Shown here piece after piece: positions 1 to 12,915 of a stretch of 64,000 nt of DNA. Both the position numbers and the translations under genes were made by a program. Numbering within the stretch: position 1 is the stretch's first letter; each line of letters opens with the position of its first letter. A model generated the notes under the pieces. That model was given only the letters and a program-made list of their open reading frames with translations. It was not told where the DNA came from and made no database searches. The stretch lies in NCBI RefSeq assembly GCF_006345805.1, contig NC_043012.1:372001-436000 (forward strand), in the 5' to 3' direction. This DNA is from Octopus sinensis (lineage: Eukaryota).

Positions 1-240
1 AGCAAAAGAAGAAATAAAGATACACTTTTATTCTATTCCAAGACAAACGATTTTACAAATGCACGTTCCCACGGCTTTATCGATCGCATGCTCACCTGGA
101 ATCGATTTTTGTAATTTTTTCAAGACTTATAAACGCTCTGATACCGTCGGTATTTATATATCAAATCTGAGCGCAATCGGACGGAGGATGACCGAGATCC
201 TAGAAGACACACACACAGACAGATAGAACGGATTTTATAT
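1..240. mobile_element. Non-autonomous dispersed repeat, Helitron/Helentron-like end; copy 1 (runs off window start)
   Basis: Clearly homologous to 51589-51825. Ends in ...aaatctgagcgcaatcgg...cctagaagacacacacacagacagatagaacggattttata, resembling the GACA-rich ends of non-autonomous rolling-circle elements. Class assignment is inference. Confidence 0.55.
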
Positions 241-477
241 TATATCAAATAACTTTGTACAACGCGTCAGTTGTGAAAGTTATCGCAGAGCAGTGAGAGA
301 TGAACTATTTTGCTGAAAAATCAAAAAGGACCTCCCGGTCTAGGAATTGAAATCACGATCGCTAGAATTTGAACGAAACAGCCTGACGAGTAGGCCACCA
401 CACACACACACACACTTGCACACACACATACACACACATACACACACTAACACATATTTAAATATATGTGGGTGATT

Positions 478-670
478 GGTGATTTTTCCCCACCGTCGTC
501 CTTTTCTCTTGGACTTTTCTCCATCTCCTGTTTCTGATGAAGAGCTTTGCTCGAAACGCAAAAACTACTTTTCTTTCCTTCCTTGAGTGTCTGCTGATAC
601 TTTGCTTGTATCACATCCTTCCGTTGTTGTTTTTTTCTAGTTGTCTTTGTTCTTCGCTTTCTTGGATTTA
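478..670 (+). mobile_element. PLE-type short repeat with hammerhead-like motif (530-566)
   Basis: GTTT-CTGATGA-A-GAGC-TTT-GCTC-GAAA-CGC-A-AAAAC. The stem III palindrome ACGT is mutated to ACGC. Followed by (TA)n. Confidence 0.6.
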
Positions 671-711
671 CTATATATATATATATATGATAGATCGTTA
701 GCTACTACACA

Positions 712-883
712 CATTTTTTTCTCCCCTTGTTTCTCTCCTTGTTTTCTTTCTGTGTATCTTTCTGTAGAAGAGCGTAGGCTCGAAACGTAAAAGACTTTAT
801 CTATTCCTGAACGCTATGCTTATACATCTGTTTGTTTGTACACCACCTGCCTTCGACTTTTGTTATTTCGTAAACTTTCCACT
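712..883 (+). mobile_element. PLE-derived short retroposon, CUGUNGA hammerhead family, copy 1 of 6
   Basis: TCTTT-CTGTAGA-A-GAGC-GTAG-GCTC-GAAA-CGT-A-AAAGA at 757-794. The 3' end cgtaaactttcc runs into (TA)n 884-972. Homologs near 21684, 39332, 48345, 55720 and 56305. Confidence 0.75.
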
Positions 884-975
<92 letters not shown>

Positions 976-1125
976 GCAGCGTGGAAGGTGTTTATAAGGC
1001 ATTTAAGAAACACACAAAAACCGTTAGATTCACTTCAACATTTAAATTTAATTTGTCAAAATTAAATTTAATTTAAAGTCACTCACTATGCAAGTACATC
1101 TCAAGTAATATATATATATATATAC

Positions 1126-1169
<44 letters not shown>

Positions 1170-1735
1170 TAAATAAATATATATATATATTATATATATA
1201 TATACGTATATGTGTAAATGACTACTTGTAATTAAGCTATATTTAAAAGCTATTTACCAGCAAGCTGATAGATTGCTCAGTGTTCTTTGGGAGTACATAT
1301 TTATCAAAATTTTTAATGAAGTATATCGGCAGTGACTCCTGTGGTTTAGGTTGCTCGACGTCATCAGACTGTGATTTATTATTTTTCTTTTCGGTTTGGT
1401 AAGTCTTTGACAGATCGTTTATTTATCATTTCCTTTTTCTTTTCAGCTAGAGATATGTGTACGATGATTAAGTGCTGCGTATGTAAACAGGGAATCTACG
1501 TGTATTGGAGAAGTGGGTTTGGAGTATAAAGTATGTTTCTGTATTGAGTGCCATGGTAGATATGTATGGTGAGGAGATTTACTTTGGTTTGATGTGGGAA
1601 TTTGGTTACCGTTAATCTTGCAACTGTCAGGCTTGGAAATAATGTTGTAACCAGGAGTGTGAAATTCAAATCACAATATTCTTTGCATTTATTTAGGTTT
1701 ACCCAAAAGGTTTCCTAGTTAGTAGAGTTGGTCGC

Positions 1736-2205
1736 ATCATCATCATTGTTCGACCGTGGTCGAGACAATGGAATTTACCCTGCTACTCCAGACTTCATGG
1801 TCCATCATGGCATTACGAAGGTCCTATTGCTGGATGCCTGTATCCCTGGAGATTACATCAGGGTAGGAGAATGTGCACCCCCTTGGAATTGCGAGTAGAT
1901 GGCTTCCAGAGGAGAAGAGTAGAAATTACCTCTTTTTCAGCTCTATAACAATCTCCAGCAAACTGGACTCTCTTACCTTTCACAAAAGATGACACAGGTG
2001 GTAGTTTCCCATATATTTGCATTTTAGTTGGATGGCGCTTCCACGAGAGATTTTTAGCTCTCATAAGGAGGCGAGTGTAGGTTCCATCCAACCGCCTCTC
2101 AAGCTTCTTTGATAACGTCCAGGTTTCTGAGCCATATAGTAGAATTGGTTCGCACAGGAGAATTTAAACTGGGGTTGAATATCTTGTCCATGTAATTAAC
2201 TCTCT
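1736..2205 (-). mobile_element. RTE/RTEX-like LINE 3' fragment (post-RT C-terminus, decayed)
   Basis: Minus translation EPILLYGSETWTLS..RLDGTYTRLLMRAKNLSWKRHPTK..YGKLPPVS..RVQFAG. The 3' end has a (TGA)n tail at about 1737-1747. Confidence 0.75.
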
Positions 2206-2569
2206 ATTAAAATATTTTTAAACGAGAGACTTTTTTCAGGAGATTATGTTGCTATAGTATGTATTTATTTAGGCTTTTCATGTGTTTTAGGATGGTTATT
2301 TATCTTGTACGATCTTAGACAAATTTACACATGTAACCGTGTGTCGTTACATGTATATCCAGATGGAAGCATATGGATACTAAAGTGTCTATAGTTAGAA
2401 TAATATATTTATAGTAGATAATGTAGTTCCATCGTTATATGCATCTATAATGAGACACAGATGTATAAACAGCATACGAATGTAGAAATACATTGTGTAT
2501 CTGTGCACACACACACACATATGTACATATACACATACATATATACATATATATGTATATATATATACA

Positions 2570-2621
<52 letters not shown>

Positions 2622-2770
2622 ATGTACATATGTACATATATATATATTTATATATATATATGTGTGTATATATGTATGAGAGAATGTATTTACTAAAAGT
2701 TGCATGTCTAAATATCGAAGTGTGCCATCTACAGCCACGTCTTTAGCTGGATAGAACACTTTTTAAAAAT

Positions 2771-2813
<43 letters not shown>

Positions 2814-3497
2814 ATATGTACACGTGGACACGTATACGCATGCATATACTCAGACTCTTAAATACGCACACGGATGTATACACACGCACTCACATTTAGG
2901 AGCGATTGTGCATTAGCTAAACTTGTGCTTCTAACAACTTGTTTGAAATTGTGTACATTACCCTTAAAAGAAGCGATATCATACACAGCCATGATAAACC
3001 TATAAATATCTGTTCATCTGCCCTCCCTATACTATGCGTATGTGTAGTTGTATATGCGTTGATTGTTAAAGTATTGACCTACACACGGTGATATATGGAG
3101 ATATATTAAGTTCCTTGTATACATATCTTCGAAAATGTATGTATACAAGGAACTTTCGCGTTACTCAGGTAAGTTTACAAGAGTCTCTAGGTAGAAATAT
3201 TTTGCTGGTATTATTTCTTTTACTTTTTCTTTAATTGTTAAATAATGCGGCCGTGCCTGGGTACCATCTTAAACAATTTTAGCCGAAACGTGGCACTTAT
3301 TCTAACAGTCTTTTTCGTGCAGAAACGTCAAGTTACAGGTACTTCAACACAAACAACACCAGTTACCATATGGGAGTGGAGTCAAACTAACACACTGCCT
3401 TATGCGCATCCGTGCTTATAGTTGGTACTATTTTGGGTGCCTGATGGAAGTTTGAGTCTAATCGCGCCATTTTTCTTTCTGGCTTTACAGCGTAAGA

Positions 3498-3600
3498 ATG
3501 GCCGCTCCACTAGCAATGTGCATCAAAGAAGAATAAAGAGCAGTGATCCGATTTCTTTGGTCGAAAGGTGTGTCAGAGGCTGAAATTTGTCGGAGGCTTT
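3498..3600 (+). mobile_element. mariner transposase N-terminal remnant
   Basis: MAAPLAMCIKEE*RAVIRFLWSKGVSEAEICRRL matches the mariner N-terminal HTH pattern; contains an in-frame stop. Confidence 0.7.
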
Positions 3601-3929
3601 TTTTGAATACATAAATTACCAAAACGCACGCATCTGAGTCGGTCAAGGGCTCGACCAACACGTTGGAATGTAACTCCTTTCTGGGAAATTCATTCCTGAA
3701 GAAACACCCAATGAATCATCTTCATTATGAAAATTATAAATTAGTTTAATTGAATTTAATTTCTCTAATTGAATTAACTGGATATGGAAACAGCTGTAAT
3801 GATAATAGTTTCATATTATATTGATTTGGATATCTTTGAATAAACTGATGTCTATATGTCAATTTCTCCATTTTCTTTTTCCTCATTCATAAATAATGCA
3901 AATACCCATATCAATCAATGCAAAACTAA

Positions 3930-4250
3930 GGTATTTAGTTTTTCACGGAGCACTGGTATAAACCAGGGGACTTGGATGCAAACATCCCTTAAGGGTTTAT
4001 GAGTCTTTGGCATGATTAAAAAATATTTTTAAAAAAAACTACGCAAGTGGATTTATATTAGTTTCTGCCGGTAAAATGGAGAAAACTGAAGTGGACATTT
4101 CTATGAAAGATATTCCGATTCCATCCAAATGGAAATATCTTAAGCACCTAATTCAAAAAACAACAGAATTCATCCATAGACTCAGATGGAAAGCATACCA
4201 CTTTGACAAGAAAACCGATAGACTAATAAGTAGCAAAACTGAATTGAAGG
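3930..4250 (+). mobile_element. Penelope-like element 5' region and ORF N-terminus (truncated)
   Basis: ORF 4076-4258 has SMKDIPIPSKWKYLKHLIQKTTEFIHRLRWKAYHF, resembling the SMKNIPIPS...RMRWKA start typical of PLE ORFs as I recall them. Cut off by a (TAA)n tract. Confidence 0.6.
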
Positions 4251-4277
4251 ACCAATAATATGTAATAATAATAATAT

Positions 4278-4775
4278 ACGAGCATAAACCCGAAGGCATC
4301 ATCGAAAATGATAATGCAAAGATCCTATGTGATTTTATGATTCAGTGTGACCAGGAGATACAGAATAGGAAACCAGGCATAGTGTTAATTGAGAAAGAAA
4401 GCAAACGATGCTGGATCATAGATATAGCATGCCCTGCTGACAACAAGGTATGCGATAAGGAAGAAAGGCCGATAGATATAACAGGTTAGCTTGGGAGGTT
4501 AAGCAGTTGAGGTCGATGAACAAGGTGGTAGCAGTACCAATTATTGTCGGAACCCTGGGAACAGTGACTAAATCTTAAGAAGTACATGGAACAAATAGGG
4601 ACTGCAATAACAGTGGAGCACTTGCAGAAAACAGTACTCCTTGGAGCCGCTCGAATACTCCGGCTGGTGCTCGAAAAATAAGGGACGTTACCTTAGTTCA
4701 CCGGTAGTGAATAGCTGGCACTGTAGTACATCTCCGGCGTTAGAAGTTGTGCAAAACAATAAATAATAATAATAA
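4278..4775 (+). mobile_element. R4/Dong-clade LINE 3' fragment (restriction-like endonuclease domain)
   Basis: PEGIIENDNAKILCDFMIQCDQEIQNRKPGIVLIEKESKRCWIIDIACPADNK...VPIIVGTLGTV...LQKTVLLGAARILR. (TAA)n on both sides. Confidence 0.85.
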
Positions 4776-5170
4776 TCCTTTCTACTGGAAGCACAAGGCC
4801 ACAGAATTTAGGGGAAGGTATCAAGTCGATTTACATCGACCCCAGTGATTAGCTGGAACTAATTTTATCTACCCCGAAAAGATGTAACGCAAAGTTGACC
4901 TTGGCGGAATTTGAAATCAAAACACAGCAGCAGAAGAAATACCTATTTCTTTACTACCCACAAGGCGCTAAACACAGAGAGGACAAACAAGGACAATGGA
5001 TTAAGTCGATCATATCGGCCCCAGTGCGTAACTGGTACTTATTTAATCGACCCCGAAGGGATGAAAGACAAAGTCGACCTCGGCGGAATTTGAACTCAGA
5101 ACGTAGCGGCAGATGAAATGCCTCTAAGCATTTCGTCCGGCGTGCTAACGTTTCTGCCAGCTCGCCGCCT
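4776..5170 (-). mobile_element. tRNA-derived SINE family A, two core units
   Basis: Minus-strand head GGCGGCGAGCTGGCAGAAACGTTAGCACG with B box GAGTTCAAAT. The core GTCGACTTTG(C/T)CTTTCATCC.TTCGGGGTCGAT is present twice. Confidence 0.9.
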
Positions 5171-5200
5171 TCTATAATAATAATAGTAATAATAAAAATA

Positions 5201-5753
5201 TGCAGTACCAGGCAGTGGCTCTCATGGCTTCTGATCTTAAATGATTAGAAATGTTATCATGTACATTGATTTGTCTTAGTATAAAAGATAGGCTACAGCA
5301 AAAATTCTGCTCAATACCACAGATTTGCTTGTTAGATGTTTGACCATAACCAGTTGAGCATATCCCTTAGTGGCTGACGGTACGTGCATCTCTAATCACG
5401 AGGAGAATAGTGGATAAAATCATAGCCATGTCTTCAAATGAATTCTGTGGGGTTTGGACAATTCACCTCTGGAAACATGGGAGTTTTTTTCATCACCCTG
5501 AAACAACCAATATTCAGAGACTTTTCGTCACCCTGAAACAACCAATATTCAGAGTGGGATGGGCTACTCGACCAGAAGAAAATTCTAACTGGGTCCCCAC
5601 CTGCAAGGTCATGCTCTGTTTATCTTGATATGAGATCACCATGTCACGCACATATTGTTGTGATGCATGTGCCTGGTGTAGTCATGCTGGGTATAGTGGG
5701 ATTAGTATATTTTACCCCAGAGTCGTTTTGATGGCATGCACTGCTCTCTCACT
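5201..5753 (+). mobile_element. (TAA)n-tailed retroposon 3' segment (LINE 3' UTR-like), copy 1
   Basis: Homologous to 34691-35225. Ends ctctctcact+(AAT)n and is flanked by TAA repeats on both sides. Internal 35-bp-period duplication at 5493-5554. Confidence 0.75.
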
Positions 5754-5754
5754 C

Positions 5755-5837
<83 letters not shown>

Positions 5838-5843
5838 TAATAA
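5754..5843. repeat. (AAT)n microsatellite
   Basis: Directly visible; source of the poly-N and poly-L ORFs. Confidence 0.98.
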
Positions 5844-6100
5844 TCCCTGGCTTACCATCCCTGCAAGAAGTGCAAAAGATTGTCTTAACTGGTACATCAC
5901 ACGTATTAAGAAGAGCATTGTCGATGTGAGAACTATTACTCCCATGTATTTTAATTTAACTTTAAAAAAAAAAAAAAAAAGACGAACTAGTGAGTTTAGT
6001 TTAATGACCTACCAATGTATACTATGAGTTTCTTTGCCCTAGAGTCGGGAGACACTCGCCAAGAAATGGGAGCAAATTTGAAAGAAGAGGGAAAAAAAAG

Positions 6101-6105
<5 letters not shown>
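5844..6105 (+). mobile_element. R4/Dong-like LINE extreme 3' end (second family)
   Basis: PGLPSLQEVQKIVLTGTSHVLRRALSM* matches the R4/Dong ORF terminus pattern; followed by a UTR and (TAA)n. Confidence 0.65.
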
Positions 6106-6135
<30 letters not shown>

Positions 6136-6157
6136 TAATAATAATAATAATATAATA

Positions 6158-6374
6158 ATCCTTTCTACTATAGGCACAAGGCCTGAAATTTTGTGGGAGG
6201 AGGACAGTCGATTAGATCGATCCCTGTACGCAACTGGTAGTTAATTGATCGACCCCGAAAGGATGGAAGCCAAAGTCGACCTCAGCGGAATTTGAACTCG
6301 GTACGTCGCGACGGGCGAAATTGCTAAGCACTTATTTCATCCACATGCTAACGATTCTGCCACCTCACCGCCTT
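6158..6374 (-). mobile_element. tRNA-derived SINE family A, full length
   Basis: Head, core and tail (GCCTTGTGCCTATAGTAGAAAGGA) on the minus strand, embedded in (TAA)n. Confidence 0.9.
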
Positions 6375-6375
6375 C

Positions 6376-6416
<41 letters not shown>

Positions 6417-6455
6417 TAATAATAATAATAATGATGATGATGATGTATGATAATA

Positions 6456-6496
<41 letters not shown>

Positions 6497-6675
6497 TAAT
6501 GATGAAAGATATGATAATAATAATAATAATAATATAATATGATGAATAATAATAATAATATAATAATAATAATATAATAATAGTATAATAATAATAATAA
6601 TGATGATGATGATGATGATAATGATAATAATAATAATAATAATAATAATAATAGTAATAATAATGATAATAATCA
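6376..6675. repeat. Compound (AAT)n/(GAT)n microsatellite
   Basis: Directly visible. Confidence 0.97.
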
Positions 6676-7026
6676 AGATTAACCTCTACCCGTACTTCAT
6701 TCTTCTTCTACACCTTCCCTGTTCCTACTTTTGGCAAATTGCATGGCTAGGATACAAGATTAAGCTTAAGCCTGTGGCCATGCCATGAAAAGATATTGCT
6801 ACTCCGTGGAAGACCTCCCCAGTCGAGGCACAAATTAACTATGCTTTATGCTCGGTACAAAAGGATTAGTGTTCTACATTAGTTGGCAGTTGGTGGTAGT
6901 TGTAGTGTTCGAGTGGCCGTTGTTTGATTATAAGCATGTTTCTCTTCATCTAACCCCCCACAGCTTGACTGTTCTCGTTTTGAAATGTCTCTCTGTGTCT
7001 GTGCGTTTGTGCGTGCCTGCATATAG

Positions 7027-7072
<46 letters not shown>

Positions 7073-7166
7073 TTACACATATACACACACGCATATACAC
7101 ATACATATATATATGAATATATGTGTGTCTGTTTGTGTTGTAGATATATCCATGTGTAATAGATGT

Positions 7167-7204
<38 letters not shown>

Positions 7205-7548
7205 ATTATATATATACATATGTGTATGTGTAAATAGATATATAGGTGTAAATATATACGCAAATAATATATGTCTACATATTTGTGTTTATGTATGGGT
7301 ATGTGTGGGTGTATAATTTAGACGTATATGTGTCGGGAGCAACACATTCATCACCGATCCCGTATCATGTATTTTATATGTATGTATGTATGTATATGTT
7401 TATATGTATACAGATATACATATATATATAAATGTATATATATATATATATATACATATATATATAAATGTACGTATCTATATATATATATATATATATA
7501 TGCAAAGACACACGCACACACATATAAGTATATGTGTGTATATGTGTG

Positions 7549-7581
<33 letters not shown>

Positions 7582-7855
7582 TGTGTGTGTGCCTGCGTGT
7601 TTGTATGTGTATGTGTATGTGAGCCTCTGTGTCTCCACATTTGTTATATAACTAAACATTATTTTGTATAACTTACAACCTCGCATTTCTTCTCAGATTT
7701 ACGACCTTTCCTTTATATGTCTCTTAATTGCTCAATTTTCTCTTTCACAGCGTGTCACAATCCGATACCATACTTTAGGTTGTTTCATTCAGCCCAATCA
7801 CGACTCTCATTTCTTATTCTCATTTAATCATTCGCTTTAATTTTTCGTCTTCATA

Positions 7856-8308
7856 AAGCGGCGAGCTAGCAGAATCGTTAGCACACCTGGCACATTGCTT
7901 AACGGCATTTCGTCCATCTTGACGCTCCGAGTTCAAATACCACCGAGGTCGACTTTGCCTTTCATCATTTCAGGCTCGATGAAATAAGTACCATTCGATG
8001 TACAGGAATCAGTGTAATCGACAATCCTGCTCCCTTAAAAAAATTCAAGCTTTGTGCCTATTACCGAAAGGAATCGTTCTCGTCCTCATAAGGGGGTAAG
8101 CTGGCAGGATCGTTAGCACGCCGGGTATAACACTTAACGGAATTTCGTCCACCTTTACATTCTGGGTTCAAATTCCGCTGACGTCGACTTTGCCTTTTAT
8201 CCTTTCGGGTTCTGAAAAATAAGTACCATTTCAGTACTGGGTTCGATGAAATCATACAGCTTTACCCTATCTAACAATTTCGGGTTTAGTGTCTATTATA
8301 AAAAGATC
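7856..8308 (+). mobile_element. Two head-to-tail SINE family A copies (7856-8075, 8092-8308)
   Basis: Each has a head, B box, core and tail. The first is flanked by ttttcgtcttcataa / ttctcgtcctcataa, a TSD-like repeat. Confidence 0.85.
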
Positions 8309-8349
8309 CTTTCCTGTCCTCATATTCTCTCACTCCTTTGATTCCTCTC

Positions 8350-9085
8350 AGACGGCGAGCTGGCAGCATCATTATCACGCCGGGCGAAATGCTTTGCGGT
8401 ATTCCGTCTGCCGCTACGTTCTGAGTTCAAATTGCGCCGAAGTCGACTTTGCCGTTCATCCTTTCGGGGTCGATTAAATAAGTACCAGTTACGCACTGGA
8501 GTCGATGTAATCGACTTAATCCGTTTGTCAGTCCTTGTTTGTCCCCTCTGTGTGTAGCCCCTTGTTGGTAGTAAAGAAATAGGTATTTCGTCTGTCTTTA
8601 CGTTCTGAGTTCAAATTGCGCCGAGGTCGACTTTGCCGTTCATCCTTTCGGGGCCTTTTAAATAAGTACCAGTTACACACTGGGGTCGATATAAACGACT
8701 TAATCCGTTTGTCTGTCCTTGTTTGTCCCCTCTGTGTGTAGCCCCTTGTTGGTAGTAAAGAAATAGGTATTTCGTCTGTCTTTACGTTCTGAGTTCAAAT
8801 TCTGCCGAAGTCGACTTTGCTTTTCATCCTTTCGGGCTCGATAAAATTAAGTACCAGTTACGCACTGGGGTCGATATAATCGACTTAATCCGTTTGCCTG
8901 TCCTTGTTTGTCCTCTCTGTGTCCTCCCTTTGTGGGTAGTAAAGAAATAGGTATTTTGTCTTTCTTTTCCCTTCTAATTTCAAATTATGCCGAGGTCGAC
9001 TTTGTCTTTCATCCTTTCGGGGTCGATAAATTAAGTGCTGGCTCTCTCCTCCAAAATTCCTGGCCTTGTGCCTAGAGTGAAATAG
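8350..9085 (+). mobile_element. SINE family A with four tandem core units (184-bp period)
   Basis: The unit start acgttctgagttcaaatt occurs at 8416, 8600, 8784 and about 8969. One head and one tail. Confidence 0.9.
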
Positions 9086-9269
9086 GAGCCCAACGTTTTG
9101 GTAGTGGACCAGAAGCTTTGAGAGAAAAATCTATATGTAAAAAAAAAATTGTATGCAATCACAAGAAGGGAAAATACGCTCCGGAATATCGTAGCTATGA
9201 ATGTGACGTTGAGAATGTGAAAGAGAAGCTGAATACATGAAAATGAGGCTCAGAATTTGAGATCAGAGT

Positions 9270-9289
9270 TTAGTAGTAGTAGTAGTAGA

Positions 9290-9359
<70 letters not shown>

Positions 9360-9485
9360 TGGTGGTGGTGGTGGTGGTGGTGGTCTTGGCGACGGTGGTG
9401 GTGGTGGTAATAGTAGTAGTAGTATGGTGGTGGTGGTGGTGGTAGTAGTTGTAGTGGTGGTGGTGGTGGTGGTGGTGGTGGTAGT

Positions 9486-9517
<32 letters not shown>

Positions 9518-9645
9518 GGTGGTGGTGGTGGTGGTGATGGTGGTGGTAGTAGTAGTATAGTAGTAGTATATGGTGGTGTGGTGGTGTGGTGGTAGTAGTA
9601 GTAGTAGTAGTATAGTAGTAGTAGTAGTATAGTAGTAGTGAATAA
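9270..9645. repeat. Compound (AGT)n/(GGT)n microsatellite
   Basis: Directly visible. Confidence 0.97.
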
Positions 9646-10738
9646 ATTGGGAACAAATTGTGTCGAGGTTTCCATTGACAACCATGTAGATTTGATTATA
9701 AATTTAAAACTTATGAAACTTTGTTTGACCATTGGTGAAATCAGGTGATGTACTCCACCTTGTTTAATATAGGCTTTCCTAGAAACTATTTCATCGTGAC
9801 AACAATCCTAGATATGTGTGTGTGTATGTGTGTGAGTGTGAGTATGTGTATGTGTGCCTGTGTGTGTGTCTGTGTACATATTATATATATTATATATATA
9901 TATACATACATATGCATATACATAAATACATACATATATACACATACACACACAAACATGTTGAATTAGTACGTAGTTTTCACGGTAAACTGAAAAATTT
10001 CCTAGAAATCGCTTGAATGCAGCCTTGTTAAACAATACATATGCTAGTATTAAATAACGTAGTATAATGAGGATATTAATGCTAACCTGAAGCACATATA
10101 AGACATGCAGAAACACAGGACAGTAAATAAAATTTATTACAATCATGGATAAAAAACGAAAAAAATCTTTTTTTTCTATCTGATTTCATAATCTCTAAGT
10201 TATAATATTTTCATGCGCAAACAAATATACGAAGAGTCTACATTTAACTTCGTGGCAATTCACTCATCATTATTTCCTAAATAGATAAAGCTTATCCTTA
10301 ACTGATGAGGTAAGAATAAGACTGAAACATGCCTGGAGATTGAGACCATACTTTTAGAGATATCTACTATTGCTTTTTATTTACCATTAGCTAATAATGT
10401 TTTTTCTGCTCCATCGGGGCACCAGCTAGTAGTTGGGATTTCATTATTTCATTCATTAATCATTGGTGTCTGTCATATGTGCAGGGACTGAATGACTGGG
10501 AAATGTGTCACGGTCTATTATATCATATCTAGTGATTAAGTTGTCCATAATTTCATTGGCTCTAGGAGGATCAAAACCACGGTTGACGGCACCGAGATTT
10601 GAACATGGAGTGCATACAAACGTAAGCGAAAACTGATGTACATTTCGCTTACTGATCTTGCGATTCAGCTAAATCCCAGCTTATCTGTCATTGAATCTGT
10701 TGCCACCATTACTTAAGCTTTAATATATTATCACATTA

Positions 10739-10895
10739 AGGTGGCGAGCCGGTTTGGTGGTATCTCGTTCGTTTCTACGTAATGGGTTTAATCAAATTCC
10801 GTCGTGAATGAACTTTCCATTCATCATTTTGAGATCAATAAGATAAAAACCGGTGAATACTGGGATCGATGTAATCGATTAGCCCCTTCTCAAAA
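10739..10895 (+). mobile_element. Degenerate SINE family A
   Basis: aaggtggcgagc head and ...actgggatcgatgtaatcgattagcccc tail remnant. Confidence 0.6.
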
Positions 10896-11264
10896 TAAGA
10901 AACCAACATGTGATGATGCTAGATATTGGTAAGCTTCAATTTTGTAGACGGGAATAGCAGACAGGCCCCGTACTTGATGATTCAAAGCTAGTCTTAGTTC
11001 ATTTTTTTTTCTTTTGGTTGCAACCTCTACTCTCACATGCAATACTTGAGAGAAAAATAGAAGTTGCTTAAGAAAAATAAGTCTGTTTCCGTTTCGTTGT
11101 CTCTAATTTATTATTTTCGATTCGTTAGTTACGCAAAAAGACGATGAAGAAGACTCGAGAAAATACAGCTGGCAAAATTAACATATTTCGTGATTGTATT
11201 ATTTTGTGAATCTGTGTCATGAAACATGAAACACGTGTTATCTCTTAGGAAACGAACATTTTGC

Positions 11265-11302
<38 letters not shown>

Positions 11303-11346
11303 GTGTATATTTGTGTATATGTGTGTGTTTGTGCGCGCGTGTGTGT

Positions 11347-11645
11347 ATGCATACATACATAAATACATACATAAATACATACATACATACATACATACAT
11401 ACATACATACAAATATACATACATACATACAAATATACATACATACATACATACATACATAAATACATACATACATACAAATATACATACATACATACAT
11501 ACATACAAATATACATACATACATACAAATATACATACATACATACATACATACAAATATACATACATACATACAAATATACATACTTACATACATACAT
11601 GCATACATACATACATACATACATACATACATACATACATACATA
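11347..11645. repeat. (TACA)n tetranucleotide array with recurrent AAATAT variant
   Basis: Directly visible; source of the CMYV and TYIH ORFs. Confidence 0.95.
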
Positions 11646-12878
11646 CAGGGGTTTGACAAAATAATGGAAACACATTGAAATTTCAAACAAATTTATTTTA
11701 ATATGGGGGAAGGACCGTCTTTGGCAGTAATTAAAGCTTGAATTCTACGAGGTATAAACTCGTACAAAGTTCGAATTTTTTCCAAAGCAATTTTCGTCCA
11801 TTCTTCAGCTAAAACAGTTTCCACTTCTTGTAGTGATGATTGAGGAGGATATCGACTCCTTATTTGTTTTTCTGAAATGCATCATAAATGTTAAATTATT
11901 TTGAGATTTGGGGACTGTTTTAGCCAGATAAGATGTTCAACTTCACTAGAATGTTCCCCGTGCCATTCAGTAACAACTTTAGTTGTGTGAATTGGTGCAT
12001 TATCAACCTGAAAAATTGCGTTTCCCTCCGGAAACAGTTCCGCAACCTCAGGATGAATAATGATAAAATGCTTAAATAGTTTTGACTATTAATTCTGCCA
12101 TGAAGGGACACCACTGGGCTGGCGGATTTCCAAGGTGTAGCCTCCCCCATATCATCACAGATCCTCCTCCATATTCAACAGTTGGAAGGAGGCAGTCTGG
12201 GTCAAATGCTTCTTTTGGCTGTTTCCACACGCATATTCGGCCGGTGGTCTGGAAGTAACATTCTTCCACTGCTCTAGGGACCTATTATGTAAGTTTTTTA
12301 TGCACTCTAAACGCTTTGCAACCTTTGTTTTGAAAGTAGTGGTTTTCTGATTGCAGCCCTCTCGTGAAATCCGGAATTTCTGCAGCTCCCGGCGAGCAGT
12401 TTTTGTGGAAACTGGGTTCTCGGGGTAGTTATTAATCTCTTTGCGAGCTGTACATTTGTGATCCTTTCTGACAATTCGCGTAAGAGTCCGACGGTCCCTT
12501 TCTGAAAGTTTTGGTTTTCTTTCGGAGTTTTGTTTCGACGAGAAGGTTTTTTTCCTCTTTCTCAAAGGCTGTCATTACTTTCGAGACAGTACTTCTTGAT
12601 ACACCAAACATTTCGACTGTTTTGATTAGGTTAGCGCCTGGCATACGTGCGCAAATAATTTGACCTGTTTCAAAGTCCGATAGATCTGTCATTTTAATGA
12701 ATTTTAATTACCTTTTACTGATGATATCTGAAAAGAAACAGCAATTTTAGCAAAACATATTAAGTAACACTAATAACGAATAAAAAACAAAAATAAACAA
12801 GCTTTTGACGGTTTTATAGATATTTCAATATTATGATGCTATGATGCTAGGTGTTTCCATTATTTTGTCCAACCCCTG
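11646..12878 (-). mobile_element. Tc1-family DNA transposon, full length (1233 bp), frameshifted transposase
   Basis: 28-bp TIRs caggggtttgacaaaataatggaaacac / gtgtttccattattttgtccaacccctg, with TA on the left. Minus fragments MTDLSDFETGQII..GVSRSTVSKV, GRICVWKQPKEAFDPDCLLPTVEYGGGSVMIWG and INSQNYLSIL. Confidence 0.93.
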
Positions 12879-12915
12879 TTCATACACACATGCATGCATA
12901 CGTACATACATACGT

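Noticed and set aside
6770-6860. Possible HDV-like ribozyme after the (TAA)n tract
   Set aside because: A P3-like gac/gtc hairpin exists, but P1, P1.1 and J4/2 could not be assembled.
8416-9040. Regular repeats resembling a CRISPR array
   Set aside because: The spacers are identical to one another, the context is a eukaryotic SINE, and there are no cas genes.
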